A stretch of 64,000 nt of DNA, taken from the NCBI GenBank assembly GCA_963703955.1, contig CAVPGK010000013.1, forward strand, positions 32,001 to 96,000, given 5' to 3'. The position numbers were made by a program, and so were the translations under genes. Under the pieces are notes generated by a model. The model was not told where the DNA came from. It saw nothing but the letters and a program-made list of their open reading frames with translations, and did no database searches. Positions 40,684 to 51,186 of the stretch are shown piece after piece (the stretch's first letter is position 1; each line of letters begins with the position of its first letter). The DNA comes from Nitrospirota bacterium (lineage in GTDB: Bacteria; Nitrospirota; Nitrospiria; Nitrospirales; Nitrospiraceae).

Positions 40684-41017
40684 TGACCTCAGCGCTTCCT
40701 CATTCTATCCATAGTTCCACGTTGATCTTTGCAAGGTCGGCCATCATCGCTTGATCGACGACTTTGAGCCATTCCCCTTGTGATCCAGCCTAAAGCCGCT
40801 TTGCTCTGAGTAGGCAGGCTTCAATCAGGTTTCGGGGTATGCTTGATAGCTGGCTGTCGACGGCTGAACGCATTCTCTCTATGTCAACGTCTGTTGAAGG
40901 AGGGATGACCTATTCTCTGCGCGGGTCCGAGTCCGCGAACTCAGCTCGAGCGCGATCCGTTAGACCTCGACCACCTGTCATGATGACAAAAGGCACACGC
41001 TGGGTTATCATCTTGGC

Positions 41018-41299
41018 GTGAGCACGTACCGATGGAGCGAGAAGAAGAACGAGCAACTGAAGCGGACGCGGGGTATTTCGTTTGAAGACGTTATTCTGGC
41101 GCTTGAATCCGGCGGGCTCCTTGATGTCCTAACGCACCCGAATCCGAGGCGATATCCGAACCAGAAGGTGCTCGTTGTGGCGGTGATGGAGTATATCTAT
41201 CTCGTTCCTCACGTCGAGGAACCCGACCACGTACTTCTCAAGACCATCATCCCAAGCCGAAAAGCCATGCGGGACTACGGAAAAAGAGGTGAAAAATGA
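41018..41299 (+). CDS. brnT: BrnT-family toxin
   Basis: 'YRWSEKKNEQLKRTRGISFEDV', 'HPNPRRYPNQ', 'LKTIIPSRKA'. Confidence 0.85.
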   Translation: MSTYRWSEKKNEQLKRTRGISFEDVILALESGGLLDVLTHPNPRRYPNQKVLVVAVMEYIYLVPHVEEPDHVLLKTIIPSRKAMRDYGKRGEK

Positions 41300-41619
41300 A
41301 GGGACTTGATCAGTACGAGAAGCGGATTCTCTCTGCGTACGAAAGGGGCAGGCTCAGATCAGTCGTGACATCAGAGGCCTCGTTGCGTCGATACCGGGAA
41401 TATGCGCGCGCTACTCTTATCAAGAACCGACGGGTGAATATCCGCCTATCTACGCTGGACCTGGCGGATATCCAGGCACGAGCGGCAGAGGAAGGCATAC
41501 CGTATCAGACCCTTATGGCGAGTGTACTGCACAAATTCGTGACTGGCCGTCTCCAGGAGCGAAGGTCAAGTCTAACCTCGCGTTCAAGACGCACGGCCCG
41601 CAAGCGCACCGCCGCATAG
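41296..41619 (+). CDS. BrnA/CopG-like RHH antitoxin
   Basis: 'RVNIRLS..DL..IQARAAEEGIPYQTLMASVLHKF'; ATGA overlap with toxin. Confidence 0.88.
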   Translation: MKGLDQYEKRILSAYERGRLRSVVTSEASLRRYREYARATLIKNRRVNIRLSTLDLADIQARAAEEGIPYQTLMASVLHKFVTGRLQERRSSLTSRSRRTARKRTAA

Positions 41620-41773
41620 CGTAGCGTTAGTCGATGGCGAAGGACATCCAATCCAACCTGAGACCGCAGCGAGGTCACGCCAGTTTACGAGCGGCCCGAC
41701 CGGGACCTGATGCCTAACTAACAGGGAGGATTCGCTTACCATCTTCACGGTATCTGGTGTAGAGGAGCGGTGT

Positions 41774-42577
41774 ATGAGGGAGCCCACTTTGCAAGGTCAA
41801 GTCGATGCTGCGAGGGCATACGAGGCGCTGTTTGTCCCGGCCCTCTTCGGGCAGTGGGTCTCGATGGTGGCGGATATCGCGCAGATCCAGCCTGGTCAAA
41901 GAGTGCTCGACGTAGCGTGCGGGACTGGAATCCTCGCCCGCACAGTGAGCTCGCGAACAGGTCCAAGCGCATATGTCGCCGGGCTGGACCTTAGTCCCGG
42001 AATGTTGGCGGTGGCCAAAGAGCTTGCGCCCGCAGTCGACTGGCGTCGGGGTGCGGCCGAGTCGATACCCTTCGAGGATCGGTCCTTCGACAGGGTCGTG
42101 AGCCAGTTCGGCCTCATGTTTTTCGCGGATCGGGGCCGAGCACTCCGCGAGATGCTGCGCGTATTGGCCCCGGGAGGTCGTTTGGTCGTTGTTGTTTGGG
42201 ACTCTCTTGACAACATACCCGCGTACGCGGCCGAGGTGGCGCTCCTTGAACGGCTCGCGGGAACGCGAGCTGCCGATGCTCTCCGTGCGCCATTCGTTCT
42301 CGGAGCTCGGCAGAATCTTGCCTCGTTGTTTAGGGAGGCCGGCGCGGCCTCAGTCGAAATGACAACTCATCACGGCACGGCGCGATTTCCGAGCGTTCGC
42401 GTCATGGTCGAAGCCGACCTGAGAGGATGGTTGCCGTTGGTGGGAGTGATCCTGACCGAGGAACAAATCGAACGCATCCTGCAAGAAGCGGAGCCTGCTC
42501 TTAGCTCCTACGTTACTGCGGAGGGGCGGGTCGCTTTTGAGTTACCGGCACATGTCGTCACGGCCACGAAGTCGTAG
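41774..42577 (+). CDS. Class I SAM-dependent methyltransferase (UbiE-like)
   Basis: 'VLDVACGTG', 'QFGLMFF', 'LRVLAPGG'. Confidence 0.92.
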   Translation: MREPTLQGQVDAARAYEALFVPALFGQWVSMVADIAQIQPGQRVLDVACGTGILARTVSSRTGPSAYVAGLDLSPGMLAVAKELAPAVDWRRGAAESIPFEDRSFDRVVSQFGLMFFADRGRALREMLRVLAPGGRLVVVVWDSLDNIPAYAAEVALLERLAGTRAADALRAPFVLGARQNLASLFREAGAASVEMTTHHGTARFPSVRVMVEADLRGWLPLVGVILTEEQIERILQEAEPALSSYVTAEGRVAFELPAHVVTATKS

Positions 42578-42914
42578 CGTGGGGGAAATGCGCCTATAAC
42601 ACGCGCTGCTGGGGACGGGCGCACGCGGCAATATTATCCGTGCATGAAATGCCGCATCGCTCTGCACAAATCCGAGCAAGCTACGCAGCATCGGTTCCTG
42701 GCCCCACGGGTTTTACTCTTAAGGCGCCAATGGAATCACGAAGGCAGCCGCGCAAGTTGACTGCACGGCGCCGATCCCATTACCATCTCGACATCGCGCC
42801 GCCGAGAGGGACTTCACCCGCGCTGCTTCTCAACAGACGACCACACCAAAAGTCGCCGCGTCGTGCGGTCGAATGACGTTCAATAGGTTCAGTCATCCCA
42901 AAGGAGGTCCAATC

Positions 42915-43415
42915 ATGTCCAACAAAGCGAGCTTTGACCCTGACGAATGGACGAAGGTCCTGCAGAGCGTGATGATGGCAGGCATTGCCGTTTCTGCGGC
43001 CGAGCCTAGTGGATTGTGGGGAACGCTGAAGGAGAGCATGGCTACCGGCCGCACGCTTTTCGAGGCCAAGAGCGACGCCGGATCGAACGAATTGATCAAG
43101 GCCGTGGTCGCCGACTTCGAGACCTCCGAGGGGCGGACCATTGCGCGCGAGGGGCTGCAGGCCAAGCTCATGGGGAGCAAACCAAGCGAAATCAAGAGCA
43201 AGGCGATCGACGCGGTCCGTGAAGCGTCGTCATTGATCGACGCGAAGGCGCCCGGTGACGCGACGGCTTTCAAGGCCTGGTTGCGCAGCACCAGCCAAGC
43301 CGTCGCTGAGGCTGCAAAGGAGGGCGGATTTCTCGGCTTCGGCGGCGTCCGAGTCAGCGAGGCCGAGAAGGCGACGCTCGCCGAGATCTCGAGCGCACTC
43401 AACCTGAAGGGCTGA
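42915..43415 (+). CDS. Conserved hypothetical protein
   Basis: AGGAGG RBS; 'AEAAKEGGFLGFGGVRVSEAEKATL' motif. Confidence 0.8.
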   Translation: MSNKASFDPDEWTKVLQSVMMAGIAVSAAEPSGLWGTLKESMATGRTLFEAKSDAGSNELIKAVVADFETSEGRTIAREGLQAKLMGSKPSEIKSKAIDAVREASSLIDAKAPGDATAFKAWLRSTSQAVAEAAKEGGFLGFGGVRVSEAEKATLAEISSALNLKG

Positions 43416-43528
43416 GGGTGTACGGCCTCGCAAGGTCGCGGCATGATGTAGGTGGATAACTTTACCTCGCGGCGTGGGGCGGCGCGCAGGGCAGCAAGGT
43501 GTTGCTCATCCACCGGGGTCGTCGGTGC

Positions 43529-43883
43529 CTACGGCTTGGACTGCACCGCCGTGCCATGGACCTGGGTGCAAACCTGTGACCAGAGTATCCAGTATTCCCA
43601 GTATCCATCTGCAGTCACTTCAATGAGCGCATCCGCCTCCACTTTCTCCTTGAGCGCGCCTTCGAGACAATCTCGATACCAGTGACCTGCCAGTGTCGCG
43701 CGGCCAGCTCGACTGACCAGATCCCGGTGCCACAACCGAGGTCGAGCGCCGGCCCAAAGGGAGCCCGCGCTCGACCTCTTCACGGTCAAAGAGCACGGCG
43801 ATTTGATCGCGAATCAGTAGCGTCGCCATAAGTTCCCAAGGCCTGAAGCCGACCGCGTAGGCGAGCGTGTAGAACAATCGCAT
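43529..43883 (-). pseudogene. Truncated/frameshifted methyltransferase
   Basis: 'MRLFYTLAYAVGFRPWE' then off-frame 'ALDLGCGTGIWSVELAARHWQVTGIEI'. Confidence 0.65.
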
Positions 43884-44004
43884 GGGATCCTCACGCGCAC
43901 TGCCGTGAAGCGGATCGTTGGAATCTGGCGTACGCTGCGATTCCACAATGCACTACAATCATATGTAACTTTCTCCTTCCTAAATTTGGTCATTCGCCGC
44001 GCCT

Positions 44005-44845
44005 TCATTTCGTCCCGACGCCGATGTTGATCGGGTTCGTTAGCTTGGCAGCGCCGCTGCCGCCAGCGCGCTCGCGGACCATCTTTTCCAGCTCCTGCTG
44101 GATCACACCTCTCTCGTCGTGCGTCAGGTTCAGGCTCGCCGAGCACCTCCTCGACGAGGGGGTTGCTCCACACCAGCCAGTCCCACAGTTCCTTCCCGGT
44201 CTGGAACCGCGTGGTCTCGGTAATGGTCTCGACCTTGATGTCCTTCAGTCCGGCGATAACGAACTCCTTGCGCAGCCTCTCTGGATCCTGCAACTGGAAA
44301 GGAAGCGGAGGAGGATCCATCGGGGGGCCATTGAAGTCGGGGCGGACCGACTGGATGGCACCCACGAAGAAGCCGAAGAACTCGATCTTGTGCGGGTCGC
44401 CGTAGACATTCATCAGCACACGGCCACCTGGCTTGACGACGCGCACCGTCTCACTGATGCCCTTTGACATGTCAGGAAACAACATGACGCCGAACTGCGA
44501 TCCGGCCATGTCGAAGCTGTTGTCATCCAGTTCGAGCGCATGGCCGTCCATGACGCGGGTCTCGATGTTGAGCCCCTCCCGACGCGCTCGCGCCCTAAGC
44601 AACTCGAGCATGACGGGAGACTGGTCCGTCGCCAATACCTGCGCGCCGAGGCGCGCCGCCGGGATACTGAGGGCGCCGCTGCCCGCCGCCACGTCCAGGA
44701 ACCGCATGCCGGAACTGAGCTCGGCACGGCGGAGCCCTTCGTTCCCCAACCACATCTGCGTGGGAGTGTTGGTCTTGTCATACCCTGGCGCGATGTTGTC
44801 CCAGGCGATGCGCGTTTCGTTTCTTTCCGACGTAGTAGTGGTCAT
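44005..44845 (-). CDS. Class I SAM-dependent methyltransferase (frameshift near 44135)
   Basis: 'FLDVAAGSGAL', 'SQFGVMLFPD'; alternative frame supplies C-terminus '...LTNPINIGVGTK*'. Confidence 0.85.
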
Positions 44846-44994
44846 AGCTTCCTCCTTTGGTGGCTGGGAGATATCCTTGCTCGTACAATGACCCATAGTC
44901 TAGACTCGAATGGACTCGCACTCTTTGCCGGAAATCCGTGTTTCTTTGCAGAGGCTTTTCGTACCCTGTATCTAGCTCAGTGTGAGAGCGAGCG

Positions 44995-45990
44995 ATGGAT
45001 GCACTGTCAGAAGCGTTGAACTCCGTGCGCATGACCGGCGCCATCTTCTTCGATGCGATCTGCACCGCACCCTGGGGCTTCGCGGTGCCTGCCATGAAAC
45101 AAGTTGCGCACGTGCTGTCTCCCGGAACCGAGCGGCTTGTAGGGTACCATTTGGTCGCGGAGGGAACGGCTCTGGTCAGGCTCGAGGGCGCGGCAGACGT
45201 TCCCATCGCAGCTGGGGATATCGTGATCATTCCGCACGGCGATGCCCATACGGTCACCAATGGTGAGCCGTCGACGCTGATCGACAGCGGTGCCTCCCTT
45301 AGCAGTTTCCTTGCGGGTGATCTCAGCACCATGCGGCTGGGCGGTGGAGGTGACCCGACACGCTTTATCTGCGGCTATTTCGGGTGCGAGCGTCATGCAG
45401 ACCGCCTGTTCCTCGCCGGGCTCCCGCCCATGATCAAAATCAACATCCTGGGGGATTCCGCCGGCGAGTGGCTGGGCGGTTCGATTCGGCATCTGGTCGC
45501 TGAAGCAGGGTCGGGGCGTCCCGGACGAAAGGTTCTCCTTTCGAAAATGGCCGAAGCGCTCTTCATCGAGACGTTGCGACGATACATGGAGCAATTGCCG
45601 CCGGAGCAGACCGGCTGGCTTGCGGGAGCGCGAGATCCGATCGTCGGTGGTGCGCTTGCCTTGTTGCATCGGCTGCCTTGCCACCCTTGGACCCTCGCCG
45701 GACTTGCTGAGGAAGTGGGGGCTTCACGCTCCGTTCTGGCGGAGCGGTTCGCACACTTTCTTGGTGAGCCCCCGCTGACCTACCTGGCGCGCTGGCGCCT
45801 GCAGCTTGCGGCGAGAAGGCTCCAGACAACACGACACACGGTCCTGCAGATCGCAGTGGACGTCGGTTACGAATCCGAGGCCGCGTTCAACCGTGCGTTC
45901 AAGCGCGAGTTCGGTCTTCCTCCAGCGCAATACCGCAAGAAGCTTGCCGGAAACGATGTCGGGCTTACGAGGGAGAGATCGTTGGCTTGA
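44995..45990 (+). CDS. AraC-family regulator with cupin N-domain
   Basis: 'MDALSEAL', 'PWGF', HTH 'GYESEAAFNRAFKREFGLPP'; divergent from the methyltransferase. Confidence 0.95.
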   Translation: MDALSEALNSVRMTGAIFFDAICTAPWGFAVPAMKQVAHVLSPGTERLVGYHLVAEGTALVRLEGAADVPIAAGDIVIIPHGDAHTVTNGEPSTLIDSGASLSSFLAGDLSTMRLGGGGDPTRFICGYFGCERHADRLFLAGLPPMIKINILGDSAGEWLGGSIRHLVAEAGSGRPGRKVLLSKMAEALFIETLRRYMEQLPPEQTGWLAGARDPIVGGALALLHRLPCHPWTLAGLAEEVGASRSVLAERFAHFLGEPPLTYLARWRLQLAARRLQTTRHTVLQIAVDVGYESEAAFNRAFKREFGLPPAQYRKKLAGNDVGLTRERSLA

Positions 45991-46020
45991 ATGAGGTGAG
46001 GGACCTCACTACCTCATTCA
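45988..46020. terminator. Hairpin between convergent AraC and antiporter genes
   Basis: TGAATGAGGT...ACCTCATTCA inverted repeat. Confidence 0.55.
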
Positions 46021-46147
46021 CAGGGTGAGCCCGGCTTTGCCGAACGCAACGATTTATTCCGCCTTTGTGTCGACTATGAATGGCATCGTTGTATGGCCTT
46101 GCTTCCACCGTTCAACCCAGTCACCGGCAGAGGTCTGCCCGCACCGA

Positions 46148-47254
46148 TCAGGGCACAACGGCTAGGAAGAGAAATGCGGCGAATAAGACAAGGTGCACCG
46201 CTCCCTGCAGAACTGTCGAGCGACCACTGGTCAAGGTCATCACGCTTATGAGCAGCGTCAGCGCCAATAGCACCGTCTCTTTTGGCGGTAGGCCGAGCAC
46301 CAGCGGCAGTTCGAGTAGTATCGAAACGGCAGCCACGACCGGTATGGTGAGGCCGATAGTGGCGAGCGCAGAGCCGAGTGCGAGGTTGAGGCTCGTCTGC
46401 ATGCGATTGCGCGTGGCAGCGCGCACAGCGGCCCACGTTTCAGGCAGAAGGACAAGGAGGGCGATGGCGATACCGACGACAGCCGCCGGCGCTGATGCTG
46501 CCTCGACGCCGGCTTTAATGCTCGGGGCAAGCGTCTTGGCGAGGCCAACGACGGAGACGAGACAAACCAATAGCAAGACAAGGCTTGTGAGCGCAACAGA
46601 CGTCGATGGGGGCGGTGCGTGCTGCTCCTCGTTCTCGATCCCGACTGGGAGAAAGTAGTCCCGATGGCGCATGGTCTGCACGAAAACGAATACGCCGTAC
46701 AACACGAACGACATCACGCCCGCGAAAACAAGTTGTGCCGGTGAGAATGTCGGTCCGGGAGTCGTCGTGGTGAGAGTTGGCAGTACCAGCGTTAGAATGG
46801 TGAGGGCGGCAAGCACCGATAGGGCAGGGCTGGTCCCATCGACCCGAAAAACGAGCACGTGGTGGCGTAGGGTCCCCATCAACAGGCACAGCCCCACGAC
46901 GCCATTGCACACGATCATCACGGTCGCAAACACCGTATCGCGAGCTAACGCGTTCGCCGCCGTCCCGGCGGACACCATCATCGACACGATCAGTGCGACC
47001 TCGATAACGGTAACGGACATTGCGAGGATCAGCGTGCCAAAAGGTTCGCCAACGCGATGCGCGATCACTTCAGCGTGGTAGACAGCTGCGAAGACCGACG
47101 CTATCAGCGCGGCAGCGACCAACGAGAGAAGAATCCAGCTCAGCGGACGTCCCCATGCCGTAGCGAGCATGCTGCAGGCCGCCAACGGAACGCCCAGACT
47201 CCAAAGCGGCACGCCGAACAAGAATCGTCTGCTGTGGTCAAGTCCAGCAATCAC
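46148..47254 (-). CDS. chaA: Ca2+/H+ antiporter (CaCA family, ChaA-like)
   Basis: 'HAEVIAHRVGEPFGTLILA', 'LLPE', 'SLNLALGSALATIGLTIP'. Confidence 0.9.
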   Translation of the reverse strand: MIAGLDHSRRFLFGVPLWSLGVPLAACSMLATAWGRPLSWILLSLVAAALIASVFAAVYHAEVIAHRVGEPFGTLILAMSVTVIEVALIVSMMVSAGTAANALARDTVFATVMIVCNGVVGLCLLMGTLRHHVLVFRVDGTSPALSVLAALTILTLVLPTLTTTTPGPTFSPAQLVFAGVMSFVLYGVFVFVQTMRHRDYFLPVGIENEEQHAPPPSTSVALTSLVLLLVCLVSVVGLAKTLAPSIKAGVEAASAPAAVVGIAIALLVLLPETWAAVRAATRNRMQTSLNLALGSALATIGLTIPVVAAVSILLELPLVLGLPPKETVLLALTLLISVMTLTSGRSTVLQGAVHLVLFAAFLFLAVVP

Positions 47255-47394
47255 CTATTGCCCTCCTTCGTTTTCATTCAACAATGCCCAGAGGCTCAGA
47301 AAACCTCACCTTGCGTTTCTCATCCATGTAAGAGCAGTCAATCCCAAAGACATGACCATGGAGAGAATTGGAATCATATGCCTCAATGCATGTG

Positions 47395-48660
47395 TCACTC
47401 TTGTAGCGTGGCCAGTCGTCGCTTGAGAAACCGCCGCTCCGGTTCCTGCTGAGTCAGGCTCAGGGCGCGCTCGTAGGAGGCTCGGGCTTCCACCGTTCTC
47501 CCCAGTCGCCGGCAGAGTTCTGCCCGCGCCGCGTGCGCCAGGTGATAATTCGCCAGATCGCCCCGGGCGAGGATGGCGTCGATGAAGGTCAGTCCTGCTA
47601 ATGGGCCGTCGCGCATCGCCACCGCGACGGCACGGTTCAACTCGACCACGGGCGATGGATCGGACCGCATCAGCACGTCGTAGAGTCCGACGATCTGGGC
47701 CCAGTCCGTTGCGGCGGCGCTGGGGGCCTGAGCATGCACCGCTGCGATCGCCGCTTGTAGTGTGTAGGGACCGATTCGCTGTGACGAAAGCGCCCGTTCC
47801 ACCAGCGATACCCCCTCCGTGATCTGATCCCTGTTCCACAATGACCGATCTTGGTCCTCCAGAAGTATAAGATCGCCCGTCGGCGAGGTGCGGGCAGCGC
47901 GCCGCGAGTCGTGCAGCAACATCAGCGCCAGAAGTCCCAGCGCTTCAGGCTCCGGGAGTAACTCGATCAGCAACCGTCCAAGGCGGATCGTCTCAGCAGA
48001 GAGATCGTGCCGCGTGACAGAGCCGCCCGATGTGGCGGAGTACCCCTCGTTGAACACGAGGTAGATGACCCGGAGGACCGCATCCAGGCGGTCCGGCAGA
48101 TCGCTCTCCGACGGCACCTCATACGGAATGCGCGCGTCGCGGATCTTCGCCTTGGCCCGCACGATCCGCTGGGCGATTGTGGGTGGAGTGGCGAGGAAGG
48201 CGCGCGCGATCTCATCGGTCGTCAGGCCGCAGACTTCGCGCAGCGTCATCGCCACTTGGGCCTCCGGGGACAGGGCCGGGTGGCAGCAGGTAAAGATCAG
48301 CCGCAGCCGGTCATCCTCAACGCTCTCCTCGCTCCACTCCTCGGCGTCAATCGTGGTGCTGCATTCCAGTTGTTTGGCGAGTTCCGTCAGTGACGCGTCG
48401 TACCGAGCGCGCCGACGCATACCGTCGATGGCTTTGAAGCGGCCGGTCGACACAAGCCACGCCCGCGGATTGGCCGGCACGCCATCGCGCGCCCATTGCT
48501 CCACCGCCGCGGCGAAGGCATCGTGCAGAGCCTCCTCGGCGGCCTCGAAGTCGCCGAGCAGGCGGATTAGAGTGGCCAATACTTGGCGGGATTCGGAACG
48601 GTAAACGGCGTCCATCAAGTCACGCGCCTGTTTGGTTGCATCCTCGCTCACTGTCGACAA
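47395..48660 (-). CDS. ECF sigma factor with C-terminal TPR-like extension (ECF42/DUF6596 type)
   Basis: '[15 protein letters not shown]', 'YLVFNEGY', 'LEDQDRSLW', '[13 protein letters not shown]'; about 420 aa. Confidence 0.93.
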   Translation of the reverse strand: MSTVSEDATKQARDLMDAVYRSESRQVLATLIRLLGDFEAAEEALHDAFAAAVEQWARDGVPANPRAWLVSTGRFKAIDGMRRRARYDASLTELAKQLECSTTIDAEEWSEESVEDDRLRLIFTCCHPALSPEAQVAMTLREVCGLTTDEIARAFLATPPTIAQRIVRAKAKIRDARIPYEVPSESDLPDRLDAVLRVIYLVFNEGYSATSGGSVTRHDLSAETIRLGRLLIELLPEPEALGLLALMLLHDSRRAARTSPTGDLILLEDQDRSLWNRDQITEGVSLVERALSSQRIGPYTLQAAIAAVHAQAPSAAATDWAQIVGLYDVLMRSDPSPVVELNRAVAVAMRDGPLAGLTFIDAILARGDLANYHLAHAARAELCRRLGRTVEARASYERALSLTQQEPERRFLKRRLATLQE

Positions 48661-48711
48661 CCCCTGGCGTTGAGATGGTCCAGAAAAGCCAATGTGGCAA
48701 GCAGCGCATTA

Positions 48712-48747
48712 GACGAGTCGATTAGAAAAGTAGAATGTTCCTGTTTT
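48712..48747. repeat. Dispersed repeat GACGAG...AAAGTAGAATGTYCY, copy 1
   Basis: Similar copies at 50229-50280 and 62953-63003. Confidence 0.7.
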
Positions 48748-48777
48748 CTCGTTCAAGAATAGATATTCCTCCCGCAC

Positions 48778-49995
48778 TCACTTGGGTGCCGTGATCGCAT
48801 CCTGGGCCACGTGGCCTCTCATGGACTTTTCGATGATGTTGTTTTCAATTTCCCAGGCGATGACGCGAGCAAGCTGGTCAGCCGAGAGTGCGCCCATGGG
48901 CAGTCCCTTCGTTTCCGCATAAAACGGGTCGTCCGGAGCGGCCGTCCGATACGTATTCACCAAAATCGTGGCCGGTTGAATTGTTTCACTGCGTTCCCCC
49001 ACCAACACAGATTTGTCTTCAGGGAGCACTCGTGTTCGGGTGGCCCAATCCCGCTGATCGATTTTGACAAACGACACGCTCCAGATTTTTCCATTGAGCA
49101 GGCTTCTGACCGCTTTCGGGGTGTGTTCCCAAAAATAAGGCTCCCGCACGATCCTCTGCAGGGCTTCACGGACCCGAATATCATAAAGCTTGATCGTGGA
49201 ATCCGGTTGAGTCGACGGAACCCGTGTGGTGGTTCCAACTTCGTAAAACGATTGACCCTCCAGGCTCTTCTGGTCATCCACGGTTCTCAGATAGGTGTCG
49301 AACAATTGTTGAAGGTTTTGGACACGTTCGTCCCCCGACATCCCCCGAATTCCTGTGTCTGTGCGTATCGGGGCCTGCTTGAGATCTCGTTCGACCACGA
49401 CGGTTTTGGATTTTTGGGTAGTATCTGCTTTACTGACGACCCATTGGAACTCTCTGGCCAGAACCGGGACAAGTTGTTCGGGATGGCGCAGATACCCTTT
49501 CTCCTTCAGAGAAGAGGCACTGATCAGTAGTTTGACCCGGCCTTGGTCTTTCGTTCTGGCGACCAAAAACGGGAATTCCTTCCCGTCCCGATTGACGACT
49601 GTGGGTTCAATGATGATCTTGTCGAGCACACCTTTCTTCACGGCTTCTTCGAATCGTGGATAGTCGGTCCGATGTTCCAGCATGAAGGTGAAGGCATCAA
49701 TGACGGTCTGGACGGCCGCCTCGGTCTGGGTCTGGTCCAGTCCCCCGCCTTCCGCCGTTTCTTTTCCTGTATCCAGGAATACTTGAAAGGATGCGCCCGG
49801 GATCGGATATCCTGGTCCGGTTGTCTCATGGGCCTCTTCACCCGCATGACTTTCATGTCCTTGATGGCTTGCGCTCGCCAGTGGCACGAGAACGGCCAAC
49901 CACCCGATCACCAAGACGGACAATCCTGTGTGTCTGATCCAAGAGCCGACATCATCACCAGTTACCTGATGTTGCTCTCTAGCGACCTTCTCCAT
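48778..49995 (-). CDS. Hypothetical exported protein with His-rich N-terminus and internal duplication
   Basis: Signal-like segment, 'HQGHESHAGEEAHE'; repeated 'EQLVPVLAREFQW' / 'DQLARVIAWEIEN'. Confidence 0.75.
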   Translation of the reverse strand: MEKVAREQHQVTGDDVGSWIRHTGLSVLVIGWLAVLVPLASASHQGHESHAGEEAHETTGPGYPIPGASFQVFLDTGKETAEGGGLDQTQTEAAVQTVIDAFTFMLEHRTDYPRFEEAVKKGVLDKIIIEPTVVNRDGKEFPFLVARTKDQGRVKLLISASSLKEKGYLRHPEQLVPVLAREFQWVVSKADTTQKSKTVVVERDLKQAPIRTDTGIRGMSGDERVQNLQQLFDTYLRTVDDQKSLEGQSFYEVGTTTRVPSTQPDSTIKLYDIRVREALQRIVREPYFWEHTPKAVRSLLNGKIWSVSFVKIDQRDWATRTRVLPEDKSVLVGERSETIQPATILVNTYRTAAPDDPFYAETKGLPMGALSADQLARVIAWEIENNIIEKSMRGHVAQDAITAPK

Positions 49996-50228
49996 GTTCT
50001 CCTCCTTCGACGAAGAGACCCATCCCCAAAGAGAGACCGACCGGTCTCCTGTTGTGATTCTATACCTTCTCGTATCGCTTTGAGAGAAGGAAGAAAAGGG
50101 AGTGGGCAGCTGGCGGGGTTGGGGCGAACGGAGGTGAGGCGGCTTCAGAGCGAAACGAGTTCTGACACCGTTTCATCTTCCGGAAGTGAAAGACCGCCCT
50201 CGCTACCGGAAGTAATTTCCAGAACCTG

Positions 50229-50280
50229 CCGCGCGCGGACGAGTCGAACGAAAAAGTAGAATGTCCCCGTTTTCTGGTCC
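50229..50280. repeat. Dispersed repeat copy 2 (AAAAAGTAGAATGTCCCC core)
   Basis: CCGCGCGCGGACGAG...AAAAAGTAGAATGTCCCCGTTTTCTGGTCC. Confidence 0.7.
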
Positions 50281-50338
50281 GCGCTGTCGTCATGCCCGGC
50301 CTCTTCGATCACGCGACGCGCTTCGAGCGCCGAAGCTG

Positions 50339-50808
50339 TCAGGCCGCGTAGCCGCCATCGATGGCTAAGCTTGCGCCGGTGATGAAGCTCGCGCCCGGAC
50401 TGGCCAGGTAGGCCACGAAGTCGGCGATCTCATCCGCATGTGCGTAGCGCTGTAGGGCGATGTATTCCCTGGCCTGCTTCGCGAATGCGCCCGAAGCAGG
50501 GTTCATGTCGGTATCCGTGGGACCCGGTTGCACGTTGTTGATCGTGATGCCGCGCGGGCCCAGATCGCGCGCCAGGCCTTTGGTCAGCCCTGCGACGGCG
50601 GCCTTGGTCGCGCATAGAGCGTAGATCCCTAGTGCTTGCCTCCCGCTACCTCAATGGCGCGGACGACTTCGTCGGCCTTGTCGGGCGACGCGCTGTAGGT
50701 CAGCGCCACCGCCGCGCCGTCGGCCGCCAGCCGCTTGGCGATAGCCGCGCCGATGCTGCGCGATCCGCCGGTGACCAACGCGACCTTGCCTGTCAGTGTC
50801 TTTGACAT
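50339..50808 (-). pseudogene. SDR oxidoreductase with large internal deletion
   Basis: N-term 'GKVALVTGGSRSIGAAIA' and C-term 'TKAAVAGLTKGLARDLGPRGITINNVQPGP...ITGASLAIDGG'; middle of the fold is absent. Confidence 0.85.
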
Positions 50809-50859
50809 GGTCTTCCTCCCTCCCGCCCTTCGCCATTGTTTATTACCGGATGCGCCTTC

Positions 50860-51060
50860 TCAACCGGCAAGTTCAGACCTATCCACAATTGCTTTCATTT
50901 GGGTCAACGTTATCAAAGAGGATACGCGATGTATCCCTTTCGATAAGAGGAAAATGCCCTCATTTCCGTCGTCTTTTTTCTTAATCTGTTCCCGTACACT
51001 CCTCATTACACAACAAATCAAGATGATAACTAATACTGCCATTACCATAAATATGCTCAC
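50860..51060 (-). CDS. Small AT-rich membrane hypothetical protein
   Basis: N-terminal hydrophobic helix; weak support. Confidence 0.3.
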   Translation of the reverse strand: MSIFMVMAVLVIILICCVMRSVREQIKKKDDGNEGIFLLSKGIHRVSSLITLTQMKAIVDRSELAG

Positions 51061-51186
51061 CGTTTACGCGGCATTCGAGTTGCACTTTCTGAATGACAGG
51101 TAGCACAGCAGCGAGGCAACAAGGCCTTCGCTGTACGAGCCGCGAGCCGGCCATGACTGAGAACCTGAGGAACCCAGCACTCACCA

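Larger units (their letters stand above)
40959..41632 (+). mobile_element. Integron-type gene cassette carrying BrnT/BrnA, with attC-like site at 41570-41632
   Basis: GTTAGAC at 40959 is the exact reverse complement of GTCTAAC at 41570; 63-bp imperfect palindrome ends in GTTAGTC; antitoxin ORF reads into the site. Confidence 0.7.

Noticed and set aside
47306..50259. Long alternative-frame and antisense ORFs (e.g. 48811-49530, 49543-50259, also 19399-20304, 58180-59076)
   Set aside because: They overlap well-supported genes and have no recognisable motifs; shadow ORFs of GC-rich DNA
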